Positions 26,601-40,460 of a DNA stretch of 64,000 nt are shown here, piece by piece. How positions within the stretch are numbered: position 1 is the first letter of the stretch; every line of letters starts with the position of its first letter. The stretch covers positions 2,420,001 to 2,484,000 of the forward strand of contig CM119378.1 in the NCBI GenBank assembly GCA_051294905.1, read 5' to 3'. The notes beneath the pieces are model-generated. The model did no database searches. It saw only the letters and a list, made by a program, of their open reading frames with translations, and was not told the origin of the DNA. Position numbers and translations under genes: made by a program. This DNA is from Botryllus schlosseri. Lineage: Eukaryota.

Positions 26601-29600
26601 GCAGACTGATACCGCATGATGAGTGATTGCATTAGGAATTTCAGCAAATCAAGAAGCTGAATAGTTTTCACTTGACAATAAATGCCCCGGGCAAGATTAT
26701 TGGATTATTGCAAGAGATTGCATCGAGGCGTTAATTCGAACCAATTGCCAACGACCAGATTGTTCGACTATAATCTAGTTGTTTCGTTTCTAGACACGTT
26801 ATCCAAGTGTTTGTCCAATTTCCTTATTCAAATCAAAATATAAAGGGGTTTATACTGAATAAATATTAGCCAGACCTCAAGATTATAGTACCACGGTCTG
26901 ACATATCGATTTCGCCTACCGATACATGCCACATTCTTTTGTCCTTTTATGTTAACTTCTATTCGTTTTCGTATAATGTACATGCCTCTCATTTTACACG
27001 CTCTGGACCATGGTGGGTGTCTGATTACAAGACTACTCCAAGTCCGCCAGTCGTTTCGACACCGTATTATCTTTTCATTACATCGCCATCTAGTGGCGTT
27101 TTTGACAATGCCGACTGAGCGTGACCAACCCATCACGGAAATGAAGACTGGCAAGCACTAGATGTTTGGTATAGCGTGATTTGTACGACAAAGCCAAAGT
27201 TTAGAAAGTCTATAAAAGCGTCGCAAATGCGACTTTGAATACGACACCGAATCCAGTTCTTGCATTTGAGCGAACATACATAAACTGCATTGAAATATAT
27301 ACTGACACTTGCCTTCACGATGGGTTTCGCAGAAGACCGTTACAGCTGACAGCATTAGGTTTGAGATATCGTGATCAGTTATCTATATAGTAGAATATGT
27401 TCAACAATTATGTATGCCTTATTTTTTATAAATCAATCGATAAAACATGTTTAACTCAAGCACGACGCCAATTTTATGCCCCATATAAAATAATTGTACT
27501 TCATATATCATTTCTATCCATAGACGATAACTAGCATATGAGACAACGATATATAATAGTATATATATAGCCTATATTATACTATTGCTATGACTGTAAT
27601 TATACAGCAAGCATGGTAAAACTCAAGAATCAAACATCATGAAATGCATTCGTAATCCTATGTCGACACCTCGACACGTCTAAAAATGACTTAATGGAAA
27701 TTTATTGTTGTAATATCAAGTGATTTCAAAATGTATAAAAATCTATATCAATAAATCCACCATAACCTCGCATATAACAGCCCGAAATCCGATGTTATTC
27801 GGAAAATTGCGAAACCCTTCATCAATGCACAATAGAAAAACACGCGGTATAAATATCCCTTCTCTGATTTGACAGAAGTCGCATGGTTCACAAACCGCAA
27901 ACTACAGAAACGTGACCGGCTTTAGGTGAAAAAGATTTAAGGATTTTGCCGGTTCTTGCATGACGCACAGCATAATTTGGACCGAAACAGCAATTTCGCA
28001 ATAGGCGTCATAAATATTTACACGTCAGATGAGTGCTGTGCGGTAGTGCTTATCAACGGATTTACTGTCTTGCAAAACGCTGCATTCCGTGATAATTCCA
28101 CAATGCTGCCACCAATGGAATGCAGAAAGTATGGCATGTTTATTATAGTCTTAACTTAATCAGGTTCCAAAACACTTGAAGGTACCTGGCATCAAAATGT
28201 CCTTCTGTCAATCTCGAGAAGGGAATAAACTTGCGTAATCACATAAAACTCTTGGGAACACAGCGGGGGGTTCAAGAAATCTATCTTACCACAGGTCGTC
28301 CAAGGCAGTGTCCCGTGGCTTATTGTCACAAAGAAATAGAGTATGGCCCACGCCATTACTACAATGTAGTAAATATTGCAGTAGAGAATCACAAGGAAGC
28401 AGCCGAGTCCCACGCCCTGTGCAAATAGAAACGAAATGCTTGAGCCTACAGGAAGACTTGGACAGATAGATAATTCTAGTGGCAGTAATCTATTCTAATT
28501 TGCGAAACCGTCCTATGCTCTTCTGATCTAATTTATGGTTTTACTGACAATGCTACTGGAACTAGCCAAGCGTGCTATACAGACATTTACCATTCTAATG
28601 ATTATGAGAGTGAAGGATTTGATATCAACTGAACTTCTCTGTTGTATTTCTATATTTTCTAGTTCTCTAACTCTAGAGGAAATACCGGTCGCTAGATGGA
28701 ACCAAAGAGACATTATAACACAAAAATATTCAACGTTTGGTGACGTTATCAGTTGCACATAATATAACTGCACTCCACGAATACTGTAAAAGTACTGTAT
28801 AATGTGAAGAGTTTACTGCCTGTTGGTTGGTATTACAGAGGTGTCGTACGGAGGATACCCATTTTCGTCATAATTAGATAAGCACGCGAACAAGGCCTTA
28901 TATGTTACAAAACAATCAGCGTCTATGCCGCAGAACATTCTCAATAATTCAGGCATCCGAAAATCCGCGTTCGCAAACGGCTGGAATATAGATTCAATTC
29001 CGATAACTGCGCTGTGTTATCGATGTTTACAAGGCGACACAGCACGGCGTCTGACCGCTATCGATTTCCGTGTTCTATTCGTGCGTACGGGTCTCTATAG
29101 GAAAGTTATTTGGAATTTTCCATTGTGATATGAGAAGGCTGGATGCGAACCATTCACACGACTCGCAACGCTTGGAGCAGCTGGATAATTGAGCCGTCAC
29201 GTGACTCCGACGCGCCAATTTTAAGCGGAAAATTGAACAATGACAGCCGACCTAGAGCCTTAGTACCAATTATATCTGCACTCATAGTTGGGCGACAAGA
29301 AAATTTTCGGCTTTTCCAAATTAGATTGCAATTATAATTGCGACTAGACAATTTAATCCGAATTAGATTAGAATTGATGGATTCGCAAAAACTTGGAAAT
29401 TGAAGTTAATTCCATACAGGTACAGCACTTCAATGTACAGTTGAATAATATACCATGACGAGTGTCAGCCGAAAATATCCGGGCTTATTTCAGTATGAAT
29501 ATATTATCCAACTGTAAATTATAGAAAAGTAGAACGAAAATCAAGTTCATTCTTATAAGCACGAAAACGGCAAATGTCTGTACGCCAAGCTTAGCTCGTT

Positions 29601-32600
29601 TCGCACTGTACGACTGTACGTACAGCTCTCCTGTAGCGTATTCAGGACCATCAGAAATTAGATTAGGCCTATCATTTAAATGAGACCATAGAAACATTTC
29701 ACAAATTAGAATGGAATTTGATCACGGGCATTTCGCTCAATTCATCCAATACGACAACTAGAGTTATCTAGGATTTGTGGACAGCGTAAGCGTCTTTCGG
29801 AAGGTTGAATCACAAGCGCATTGAAAGCCGCTGTAATAAAACCAACGTGGCGGCAGAAACAAGAATCAAATCTGCAAACGACTGAATTGCAGGAAGTATC
29901 GCGTGAGCAATATCCTTCACGTCTGCGATCTTTCACGGCACGAAATATTACGCGTGTCATATTCGCTGGTGTATACTACGAAACGCGTTGCATGTCGTTC
30001 GAAAAAGCGCGCGTATTACCTTCAGCAGGGGCGCGATGTTCCACGATCCAACTCCGCCCTTTTTCATGAACTGTCCTAGGGCGGTCTCCATCAAGAACAT
30101 GGGCAGGCCAATCAAAACGGCGCATATCGCGTAGGGAATCAGGAACGCACCTGTGAATAGGAAAATAACGTTTGAAGATATACTCTTCGAGAACTACAGT
30201 GTAACAGAACTGCAGTATGCTATTGAATGATATATTCATATTGAAATAAACCCGATTATTTCCGGCTGACACCCATCAGGGGTAATCGCCAGCAACTAGT
30301 ACAGAATTGAAAAGAACGTTTTACATCAACAATCGTATCACCAAATATGACGGCATGAATATTGGAGTGATCGCAACGAACAGATGGCCTAAGCTCAGAG
30401 TTCTCGCCTCGATTACCCGAATTTTAAAGAGTGTCAGCGGGGCCTATCGTAGGCCCCGGTGTCAGCCTAAAATATTCGGGTCCATCTCAATATGAATACA
30501 ATATTCCACTGTATGAATATTTCAAATACTACACACACAGCACACGCACAGCGCACACAACATGACTGGAGTAGCCTTGAGTAAACAATCGCGAGCGGAT
30601 ATCGTATAAACGTAACATAACCATTAGGCCGCATAGTGTGGGCGTTGTCTGCAACTATGCGTGCGTTAAATATTTGCCGTGAAAACAAACCCCTCCGCTA
30701 ATCTTCAGCCTTGCAAAAACAATAATTCCAACTACTGAACATGTGGCTTAACGCATGAATGCTGCTGTCGAAATGGGTGTATTTCAGTCATGCCCATAAA
30801 AGAGGCTGTTTATGTCAAACTCAACACCGTACAATCTATTTCGAGGAACTATTCTTCGTACCTAATTGTGAACGATTTGACATACCTACAGAAAGACCGA
30901 TAATAATTTATTTATTTTTCGTCAAAAATAATCAGATACTAGACTGGGGATGACCATAACCATATTAGAGTTGTTGCGGTCTTATACTATAGCAGTGAAG
31001 GAAAGAAGTGTTTACATTGTAAGGGTGAATAACCAACAAATCATGAAATAACAGAGAAGAAAAAACAACAATTAAAAATCATAACTGCTGTTATGGCAAT
31101 ATACTAACGGTCATAATGTGAGTTACGATATTGGGATGTATTTGAAATAGCGCCACAAATACCACATTGTGTTTACATACGCGGAAAAGATTAGGTGTCA
31201 GTTCCATTTTCGAAATAACCTGATAGCATGAGGATTCGTTCAAGGGCACCAGTGGTAATCGGACTTTTTACGTAAGACTTCACGGTGTCCTTGGCGGTAA
31301 GAAGGCTTGGCCAGTGACTATAAATGGAGATATGTGTTCATAGCTCACACAATCAAGGTGCGAAGGATGTCGAAAGAAGTCACAAGTGCGTGCTGTGGAA
31401 TTTGGCCATAACGATTTCGAAATTTCGGCATTCCTCGTCCGGTCATTTTAAGCTATCACCAAGTACTTGTTTCAACTTGTTTCATTCAAATTTTTTCGGA
31501 TCTAAGCGTCAGGTGAGTGGGGGAATGGAAACTGAAAGGGAAACTGCTGGATAGTGATACCATATTTCAAAAAAACGATCGTCAATTCATATGTTTAACT
31601 CGCAACTGAATAACCTAGGCCTGGGGATTTACGTTTTCACTGAAGGACATGCATCAGCAATACTGAGTCGATGCCGAAAGATTTATTACTCACTAGAAGT
31701 CGCAATTTCCAGAAACCGATAAGAACCGTTTTGTAGAAGTCAACCCGTGCGATATTACCACCAATCCCTACATAAATCCGCATACAAGTTAGCACTGTGC
31801 TCGTTTTAACACAAACAACACCAGAAACCTCACATATGTCATGTTGCTAGGCGACATTGTCAACACATTCGAATGAAGTCGCATAAAATGCGACAGGCAA
31901 AGGCAAATGAACATTATTGAATGTATCAAGTTTCATTGCGCACTGGAGTGATATGTTATTGAAGCAAATAGGCTTTGGATGCAAAACTGTTTTCGCAAAT
32001 ACAATTGCCACGTAAAGCATTTATTGCACTTGTACCGATTTCGGCTTTTGCGTAAAGCGTTTACGTTTGAACTATGACGTTTTAGTCCCGTTCTCCTTAT
32101 TAAGCTAAAAAAACGGCGATGCTATTATCGAAAAAGCCGACAGGCCCGTGTGGTCGCATGCACGGCAGATTTGTAGAAATGATATAATGGCATTCTTGAC
32201 ATATCGCCTTAATTTCCGGCGCCGTACGCATTCCGCCGAGTTCTACGCGGAACGCGCAGCTCGATCGTGGAAAGTTACCGGTATTTTTGCCGTCCGCGCC
32301 GCCCAAGAATTTATTACGTCACACGTATGAATCAATGGATCGAAAATCTCTCAATGGAGATGAGTAGGCCCTTCGAAAACGCCGGTACACGCTCGGCTGA
32401 CCGTAAATCTATATCCTACAAGTGACACTTGTTCACAGGACACGATTTAGGGTCTGTTTTCACGGTACACATAGCATAGCATGCTCATTAATCACCGTGT
32501 CTGTTCAGAGTTATTGCTGTTCTATGCTGATGCCGTAACAGCCTGAAACGTGCGTTGCGATACTATGTATGATTCAATATTTAACAAGAACATACTACTT

Positions 32601-33722
32601 CCAAGTACAAATGAATTTTCGACCTTCGAAAATACTAAAGTTACGACACCTGGCGCTGGACAAAAAACTATTGTGCATTCGACGTTTTTGTGCGTCATAA
32701 TTGAAGTTCTGATTGAATTGAATTTTTGTGTCAGTGCTGGCTAAAATTGTCAATATCAAGTAATGCAATGAAAACTGCTTGAACAGCACAACCGGAATAT
32801 GATAAGTGATAACTGATAAGTAATAACGATCCAGATAGTGTACGTAGCACAAGCGCCACACGAGGCATTGCAAATTTCGATGGTAGCTATTACCTATTAC
32901 AATTCTGATTTATGCGAAGGTCACCTTTAATCAAGAACTTCGAGTTGCTCTTTCGAGCATCGAGACAAACGTAGAGTGAATACGCGTAACAATTACAAAT
33001 GTATAATTGAAATAAATCATAATTTTTCTTTTCCTGTTCCAAACAATGTAGTTACATATTTAGTCGCTGTATGTCTCCGTCTCGGAACGTTAAAAGTTTA
33101 TAAAGTGTGTTGCAAGCGCGGGTTGCAATTGAAATAACTTGCGGGCTAGGTATGCAATATGTATGTATTGATCACAACAAAGTACATCGAGACGGTCTGC
33201 GTTGAGTAGCCGGTATGAACAGACCCTTAAAGCCTGTTGAAATACCGACAGTACAACTGCCACGTAGCTTGGTGAATCGATGCAATTTGATATCGAGGGT
33301 GGTTGACAGAGTTTACAGAACACATCTACCGAGAAGCCGGTATAAATCTAGCGTGGGACTTAGTAATGATACGCGGTTCCGTTTTCTTCTGGCCATAATC
33401 TCGGATAGCATAGAATATATTTGAATAATAATGTGCATCAATTACCTCCCCCATTCTTGAAACACATGTACGGAAATCTCCAAATGTTGCCCAACCCGAT
33501 GATGTAGCCCAGCACGGCGAGAAAGGCTTCGATTTTATTGCCCCATGATTCTCTGTCAAAAAGGCGACAATGCTAAATGCATTGCATTTCATTGGACTAT
33601 TGACGGAAAGGCAAATGCAAAACGTCAATTTTAACTGAAATCACAATGAACAAAACAGAAGATCACAAAATGAATGTAGAAAAGTCTGACGTAGATACAT
33701 TTACATACCTTTCGTCGGTCAT
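20635..33722 (-). CDS. SLC6 sodium/chloride-dependent neurotransmitter/amino-acid symporter (GABA/taurine/creatine-transporter-like), ~640 aa, 14 coding exons
   Basis: Minus-strand exons 33722-33709, 33552-33446, 30150-30020, 28416-28290, 25009-24853, 24735-24600, 24480-24346, 24079-23976, 23428-23298, 22928-22816, 22385-22245, 21777-21574, 21370-21200, 20886-20635. All introns are GT-AG with consistent phases, total 1923 nt. Motifs RESW..., [79 protein letters not shown]. The start ATG is the least certain part. Confidence 0.93.
21885..21960 (+). repeat. Decayed Penelope terminal repeat with mutated hammerhead core
   Basis: GCCC-TTGGCGA-G-AGTCAGC-C-GAAAATATCC-GGGC followed by the aatatgaatat..attcaatt tail; homologous to 52162-52223. 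Confidence 0.75.
23526..23799. mobile_element. hAT-type MITE in SLC6 intron
   Basis: TIR TAGGGGTGCCAT / ATGGCAACCCTA. Perfect 8-bp TSD GACTAATT (23518-23525, 23800-23807). Confidence 0.88.
29418..29522. repeat. Mini inverted pair of Penelope terminal repeats
   Basis: 29418-29452 is the minus-strand tail (aggtacagcacttcaatgtacagttgaata). 29455-29522 is a plus copy TGACGAGTGTCAGCCGAAAATATCCGGG plus tail. Confidence 0.75.
30204..30515. repeat. Mini inverted pair of Penelope terminal repeats
   Basis: 30204-30353 aligns with 48252-48403 (minus copy, core mutated to CTGATGG/GGAAA). 30411-30515 is a plus copy interrupted by a 20-bp hairpin. Confidence 0.8.
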
Positions 33723-34909
33723 GATTTCTTGTTGAGTATAGCTTGTACAAAACACGAATATATTACTTTGAATGTGTACTAATAACTGAAATAATGCAAG
33801 AGCAGTTTGTTATATATGACAACTATACTTTCGTTTAATTCGTAACTAAGATGATGATGCATGATTCCGTAAAATACATGCTGATTTTTCTGCGACAACA
33901 CTGACCACGATTTATTTTGTTGTCCCAGCCGAATATATATACACATGCAGATGACCTTCGTAAACAAACATAGCGGTGCAATAGGGGATGTAATGGTTAT
34001 TACGCAAGAATAAGCGCTGAAGTGCAATATTCAAATGAGTACACCTCCGAACTTTGCACAGTCCAGAAATACGGGCGCCTGCCTAATCACGGTATGCTTT
34101 TAATCATGTGGGTGCGATCATGCTTAGATGATTACACCGAACTGCATTACTGGTTCTCGCGCAAAGAAGGTACGTTTAGCCCAACGCCGGCATACAAGAA
34201 GCGGTTCCCCGTCTCGGCAGCTGATTGTTAGAAATATATAGTTGCCGCCTTTTTTTCTCTCACTCTCTCACCCACGGGTCGATAAGCCATGGGCAATATC
34301 ATTTTCATCATTCCATGACTGTTGTACGTGATAAAAAACATCCGGTTTTATTCCAAGCTACATTTGCATTACCCAATCCTGATATCTTCGGTATGCGGAA
34401 TAGTAAAATTTGGATCCCATTCGGTTGTAAGAAGCTACGCAAAGTTGACCGTAAGCATACCGGTACTTCTACAGTACTACCGTTATTGAGACTACGAGCC
34501 GAAACGATGGCTGCATGTCACTCGATGCTTATGAATCACACTATTCAACTGTTTACCTTACTGTAATCGACGGAATTGAGATCATGGATAAATTCTATTA
34601 CTCTTCAGAAGTATCAGTACCAGTGACGGTTTGTGGACCGATTATATTATAGAGTACGCCTCATTCATTCGTTATGCCCCCTTAACACTCCTTTTACGGA
34701 TGCATGTTTTCTTAGTTGTGGCTCTGGTAAACCAATTCTTGCTAATATTCAATGCGGGGAGGATTAACTAGGTTCGTTCGGAAATGGCTACAATTTTAGT
34801 AGTGCCCTGCGCAATATATTGATTGGTGTGTATAAGTACGATGGCTTTTCTCAATTCACCTTGCTCACTAACTAACGGATGTTAAGATGTTGCAAGGAAT
34901 GATGAAACA

Positions 34910-35137
34910 CACAATTGAATAATAGATTCACATTGAAACAAACCTGAAAATTTTCGACTGACACTCGTCAGGTGTAATTGTCAGTACCTGGTAGAGAATA
35001 GGAAAGAACATTGTATATCAACAATCAATAATGTTCTTTCCAATTCTCTACTATAGTGGCTGGCGATTTGGGTTTATTCCAATATGAATATACTATCCCA
35101 TTGTATATTGAAGTTAAGTACCTCCAAGAAACTCTTT
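34910..35137. repeat. Mini inverted pair of Penelope terminal repeats
   Basis: Minus copy 34910-35026 with intact CTGACGA...GAAA core. Plus copy 35032-35137 with the core deleted but the tail retained (ttgtatattgaagtt..gtacctccaagaa). Confidence 0.8.
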
Positions 35138-36511
35138 AAACGATGAACTTATAACTTTACTATGCTGTCTAGAAAAGTGTTCAATGTTTTTACTCCTCTC
35201 GCGTAATCGTTTACATTCTGTATGATTCAACTGTCTAATTCCGAAATTATCTCGCTTCTCTCACGGTTCGGCAGCTATACAAACATCTTGCCAGGCGAGT
35301 TGGCGTTGAAATAAAATGACAACTGGAGCACATTCGGTGATCTGATCTTAAATTCACGGGGACCTTGATAAAGCATATCGGACAGCAAGCTAGTTTGAAT
35401 ATCATATTGTTAAATATAGTACATACAAGCAAGGTCACGGTGACGTACTTTATACGTATAGTTAAGGAAACGGCCAAGCTACAGAACTTACTGAGCTTGA
35501 CGATACGCAGCTGTGCGATAACATACTTGCAAGCTGCTATCACCACGCAGCATACAATTCGCCCGCGCCAATCACTGCTGAATGAGCAAATCACGGAGTT
35601 GACTGAAATACTTAAATGCGCGGAAATGTTTACGATTACGATTCGAGAATGACATGAAACGAAATGGCTAAATTGTGTGACGGACACAATAACATTGTAG
35701 CTTCGTGTAGCTTCGTAATGCCGCCCCATTGTAGCAGAGGCGTGTCCGGTGTCCATTATGTATCCCGTCTTGCTACTAATCATATATCCTAACACCAAAA
35801 GTGTCTTAATTTTGCAACTAAAGCTGGCGTTTCTTTTACTCAACGAAAACACGACAGATGCTGTTATAGTGTGAACATGAACAAGTCGATCAAGTTATTC
35901 GTTCAATGCTGGTTTACGTACAGAACACTACGAAGACAGAGGAAGGTAGCATATCGAGAGACGTAACATTCGTAGTGCATGCGTAATGCATTGTGCAATG
36001 TGCATGTGCTGTGCAATTGTACATTGAGCAAATTGCATATATTAAAGCATATTAAAGCACTCGAATGACAATTTCATGTGACCTCATCGCATGTTAATTA
36101 CAAGAAAACACTGTAAGAACCAGATTAAACCACTCGCGCCTGGTGAGTTCGTGAATTCCACAACAGACCAGTGGTTTCCAGTAGGTAGGCGTACCAGGTG
36201 CGGTCTCCCGGTAGCAACAACACCAAAGTATAGTGACGTGACTTACAGTGACGTGACTTACTGCATAAGCTGTGAATCATAATTAGGGCCTGCTTATGCC
36301 TCTGGATATCATAAGTTTTTTTTATACCGTCACTGACTTACTGTACCCAAGTTGCAAGATGCGCATTGCGCACATACTGCATTGCCGTAACAGTTCAATA
36401 TGAATATATATCATTCAATTGTATACAATCGTTTCTGTGCAAGATTCTCTTCAAATGTTGGAAACTGTCAACCACACTCGCTCTAACCATGCCGTGGTAT
36501 TGTGCCGATAG

Positions 36512-36932
36512 AGGGTTACCATATTTTGGAATCGGGAGAAGAGGACACTCTTTCAAAAATTTCAGACTCACAATACTTGACTAAAATCCGGAAAAATGAT
36601 AAAGTTTCAACGAAATTTTGGTCGGTTGATTAAAAAAATAAACATAAGGTCAACTTTCCTGCGCAATTCTCGAAATACAGATCTTCTTTAATATTTTCCG
36701 TTGATTGACTAAAAAAAAGGTCGTCGCTTACGTTCGCATCGCAAATTTCCTGTTTACCGTCATTTATGCCCATTTGCACTCGAATATGTCCATTATCTTA
36801 CCTCTGAAAGCTATAAAGGAGGACGAATTGCCAAAAAGGAGGACATTTAGGCGTACTCAGAGGATATTTTCAAAAACCTGAAAACGTAGGACAAATCCTT
36901 CTAAAGGAGGACGTATGGTGATGGTGACCCTA
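36512..36932. mobile_element. hAT-type MITE (AGGGTTACCATA family)
   Basis: TIR AGGGTTACCAT / ATGGTGACCCTA. TSD GCCGATAG on both sides. GAGGAC subterminal repeats. Confidence 0.8.
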
Positions 36933-38118
36933 GCCGATAGGCCAATGTTTATTTTACCAAAAACTATGCCTGGTTGATTATAAATAGAGGCCAGAAGTCA
37001 AATCAACTATATACCTTGCAAATTGTTACTGATAAGCTAAAGAGAGCAGCAAACGGTAAACACGTGATCTCCGACACTGCTAAATCGATCAAACGTTGGC
37101 GTCGATTGATGAGGACGCGTATAGGAATGTGCTCGGTAGAGCGTGGCCATTGCTATGAAAACCGCCGGTTTGCCTTGCCCCTACGGCCTACGCGTTCAAT
37201 GACCCTTTAATGTAGGCTGTGTTAAGTACGTAAATTAGACCAATACAATTGATCCGAATAACAAGTGCACATAGTCCAATAAAGTCGATTGGTAAGACAT
37301 TGGGATTGCGAACAGAAATTGTAACAATACACTGTGGCATAGTGACCCCTACAAGCAACATAACGATCAATGGCTTGTCATTGTCTGGGTTCTGAGAATG
37401 TACAAGAGCATCGTGGCTGTTCTGCGACTTACATGACCTGAGTATTGGTTGTTTACATGTAATATTCCACCGATAAACCATACAGATTGTTTGTGCTGAC
37501 ACATTGCGTAATTCATTGCCTCGTTTTCATGGTGAACATCCGTTTATATAGGAGGGTACGGGATACTATAGTCACTTCGCATAGAACCGCCGACAATTCG
37601 GGTCTCCGTGGTAGAATGGCGAGTGGCGAGGCCCAAACATTGAATTCATATTGTAATGCTATAAAGGGTCGGTTATTATTTAGCGTATGTCCACAATAAG
37701 TATATTTTCCTCTCCATCCTTCGCCATCTCAAACGTGGATACTATATATTTTGACTTTTAACCACATGCCCTTGATACCCTTGATATCTTGCATATACAA
37801 AGCCGATTTCGCAATGTTTCATGCATGTTCTCTTTCTCTAAATAGTTTCGACGTAGAAGTATTCAGCGGCACAGTTTCATTTACAGGAGCAATCCAATTC
37901 AACAATCCAATGGTTCTGGTTTAGTATTGGATATTTTGACATTCATAGTCAAACAGTCATTTCACATCAGGTTGATATTGCTTATTGTGATTCCTAAGAT
38001 GCCGACTTATAGAACGGGCCAATTTTGATCCAAGCCTAGTCAGTGGTCTACTGGTCGATGGTATAACCAACGCATGTGGCGTATGTCATACCAACCCCTC
38101 AAATAAATTTGGTCATGC

Positions 38119-38262
38119 GATTGTTGATATGCAATGGTCTTTCGAATTCTCGACTAGTCGCTGACGATTTCCTCTGACGAGTGTCACTCGAAAATATCTG
38201 GTTTTCTTTGAATATGAATATGTTGTTCAATTTTGAAATGTACCTCCAAGAAGCTCTTCAAA
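38119..38262 (+). repeat. Decayed Penelope terminal repeat
   Basis: gattgttgatat...ctagtcgctgacgatt..CTGACGAGTGTCACTCGAAAATATC..aatatgaata..gtacctccaagaagct aligns with 52111-52223 plus the tail. Confidence 0.8.
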
Positions 38263-38559
38263 GATACTGGTTAGCAATACTATACAGAAGTGGTTTTAAA
38301 ACGCTGGTCCGCGCCAACTGCAAACATATTATATTCTTCATTGCAAAATGTAGGTTTGAATTCTGTCTCATTAATTGGAACTATAAAAAACATCAAATTT
38401 TAAACTGATTTATATATTTAGAACGTAATTTTGAAAGCTTTCTGGCGTGATATTTTTATTCGTGGTTGAAAATGAAACAATGTGGCGGATATCAATCTTA
38501 TCGGCCTGGTGCGCTGCCGCCACAATTTAACATCACAAGTCTATAAAGGCGTTGAATTA

Positions 38560-40460
38560 CACCATGTAACAAAACTTTGCAAAATTTTAAGTTGGCTAAA
38601 AATGTTTATGAATTGTGTTTTAGTATTCCGGTCTAATTATAAAAATACCAAAAGTTTTCCTGAAGTGTTCCAAATTTTGAGGAAATGTCAATTTCTCTAA
38701 TTTTTTATTTTACTCATAATTGCTCGGTATTAATCACAATAATTCTTTATTGGAGGTAAGAAAACGCTAATGAAAAGGGTAATATGAACAAATACAGCCT
38801 ACTCATGCATCAAGTACCAAATCAACACTTTGAAATCGTCAGAAAAGGTTAGGTTTGCGTTACTTGCGTCTGTGAAATGAGAAATCTTCTCTTATTATGG
38901 ACCAAAATTAACACCATGTAACAAAATTTTGCAAAATTTTGTTTGTGAAATTTTTTTTATGTATTGTGTTTTGCTATTCCAAACCAATCACTCAAATGCA
39001 AAAATTTCTCTTGAAGTGTCCCTAGTCTTTAAGAAATGTCACTTTCTGTGATTTTTCGTTTTACCTAAAATTGCCCAGTAATAATACGCAAAATTCCTTA
39101 CTGGACATACAAATACACGAACAAAACGAAGGTATATGCACAAATAGTGGCTACCATAGATTATAGAAGCATGGAAACACTTCAGAAATTTTGCGACGTG
39201 GTTTTGCTTGCATGATTTGGGTCTATTACTGAGAAATCTGCTGGTATTATGAAATACCGTGAAAATCATTCATGCCCTTTTCTCCACGAAGGACATCGTT
39301 CCCTAGTTTCAACCTTGGAGTCAGAATTTCCGCATTTAATTTTGTTAGTCCCGACTATATCAAGTTCGTATTGGTCATGAATGTGTGGTTTTAGATTTAT
39401 ATCTATATGGCAGGGTTACCATATTTAGGAAATCTGAAAAGAGGACACTTTTTCAGAATTTTCAGACTTACAAAACCGGAGGAGAATTCTTCAAAATATG
39501 GGAAACTTTTCTCAGTTTGTGGACGGTTGACTAAAAAAAAAGCTCAACTTCCCACTCAGCTCCCGGGGCGTCACTTAGGTGCTGATTTACGGCATCTCAG
39601 TCGAATTTTGCTGTAAATATGACCAAAATTCTCAAAAAAGAGGACAAAATCTCAAAAGAGAGGACAAAAGGGCGTCCTCCGAGGACACTTTCAAAAAAGT
39701 AAAAAAGAGGACAAATCCTCTTAAAAGAGGACGTATGGTAACCCTACTGGGAGATGTTGAAGTCGTCATCGGACTCATTTTCTGTATCATTAAGTCCTGT
39801 CGAGTCTTCTGGAGCTTTTTTGCCTGATAGTTTGGGCAGTGAAAACTTTCTGCAATACGAAACAGGTGCTGAAGAGTAGATGGCATAGAAGGATATGCAA
39901 TCTCAAGTCATTTTTTAGTTATTCTGAACCTTGGAATGTCACCCATACAGAAATAACAGTCATTTGATAAGGTTTCGAATTTCCCTTCAGCTTCTTTAAT
40001 AACAAATGACATTGAATGCTGATTTCCCCTTAGCCATCCATGCATATTTCCTCCACACGTTTCGCAGAATACATGAAATGCCCAGTTTTTATCTTTGTCC
40101 CCAACCTTCATGCCAAAGTAAAGTTAATAAGTATAAAAACCTTACTTATATCTATATTTTCTGCTTCACTTGTTTCAAACTAATATACAGACCACAGATA
40201 TATCAAAATCAGCCAGCAGGCAGATTACATTTGTGATGTTGACATTAATGATGAGATTATACTCACTACATCCACAATCAGATCCACAATCAGAAAAAAA
40301 AACGAAAAGGAATTTGAGATTGCTTGCTGTAGCCAATACTGACTAACTGAGACTGAGAAGATGATCGTTGCTAACAAACAACTATTATGAATTGAATGAT
40401 GGGTCAATGTGACGTCACAGCTACTAGAAATTTGAAAAACTGAATTTTTGTTACATGGTG
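38560..40460 (-). mobile_element. Internally deleted Chapaev3-like (CMC superfamily) DNA transposon
   Basis: TIR CACCATGTAACAAAA / TTTTGTTACATGGTG. 3-bp TSD TTA (38557-38559, 40461-40463). Transposase relic GDKDKNWAFHVFCETC...DCYFC (ORF 39908-40111). The family name is from recall of the motif and the TWA TSD, not from a search. Confidence 0.72.
39411..39746. mobile_element. hAT-type MITE nested in the Chapaev3-like element
   Basis: TIR CAGGGTTACCATA / TATGGTAACCCTA. Same family as 3401, 36512 and 53364. Absent from the second Chapaev3-like copy. Confidence 0.85.

Noticed and set aside
26500..26620. GVRQGG peptide suggesting a LINE RT relic
   Set aside because: Single short motif with no flanking RT motifs recoverable by eye.
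35247..35852. 201-aa minus-strand ORF
   Set aside because: GTG start, low-information composition, no domain or splice support.
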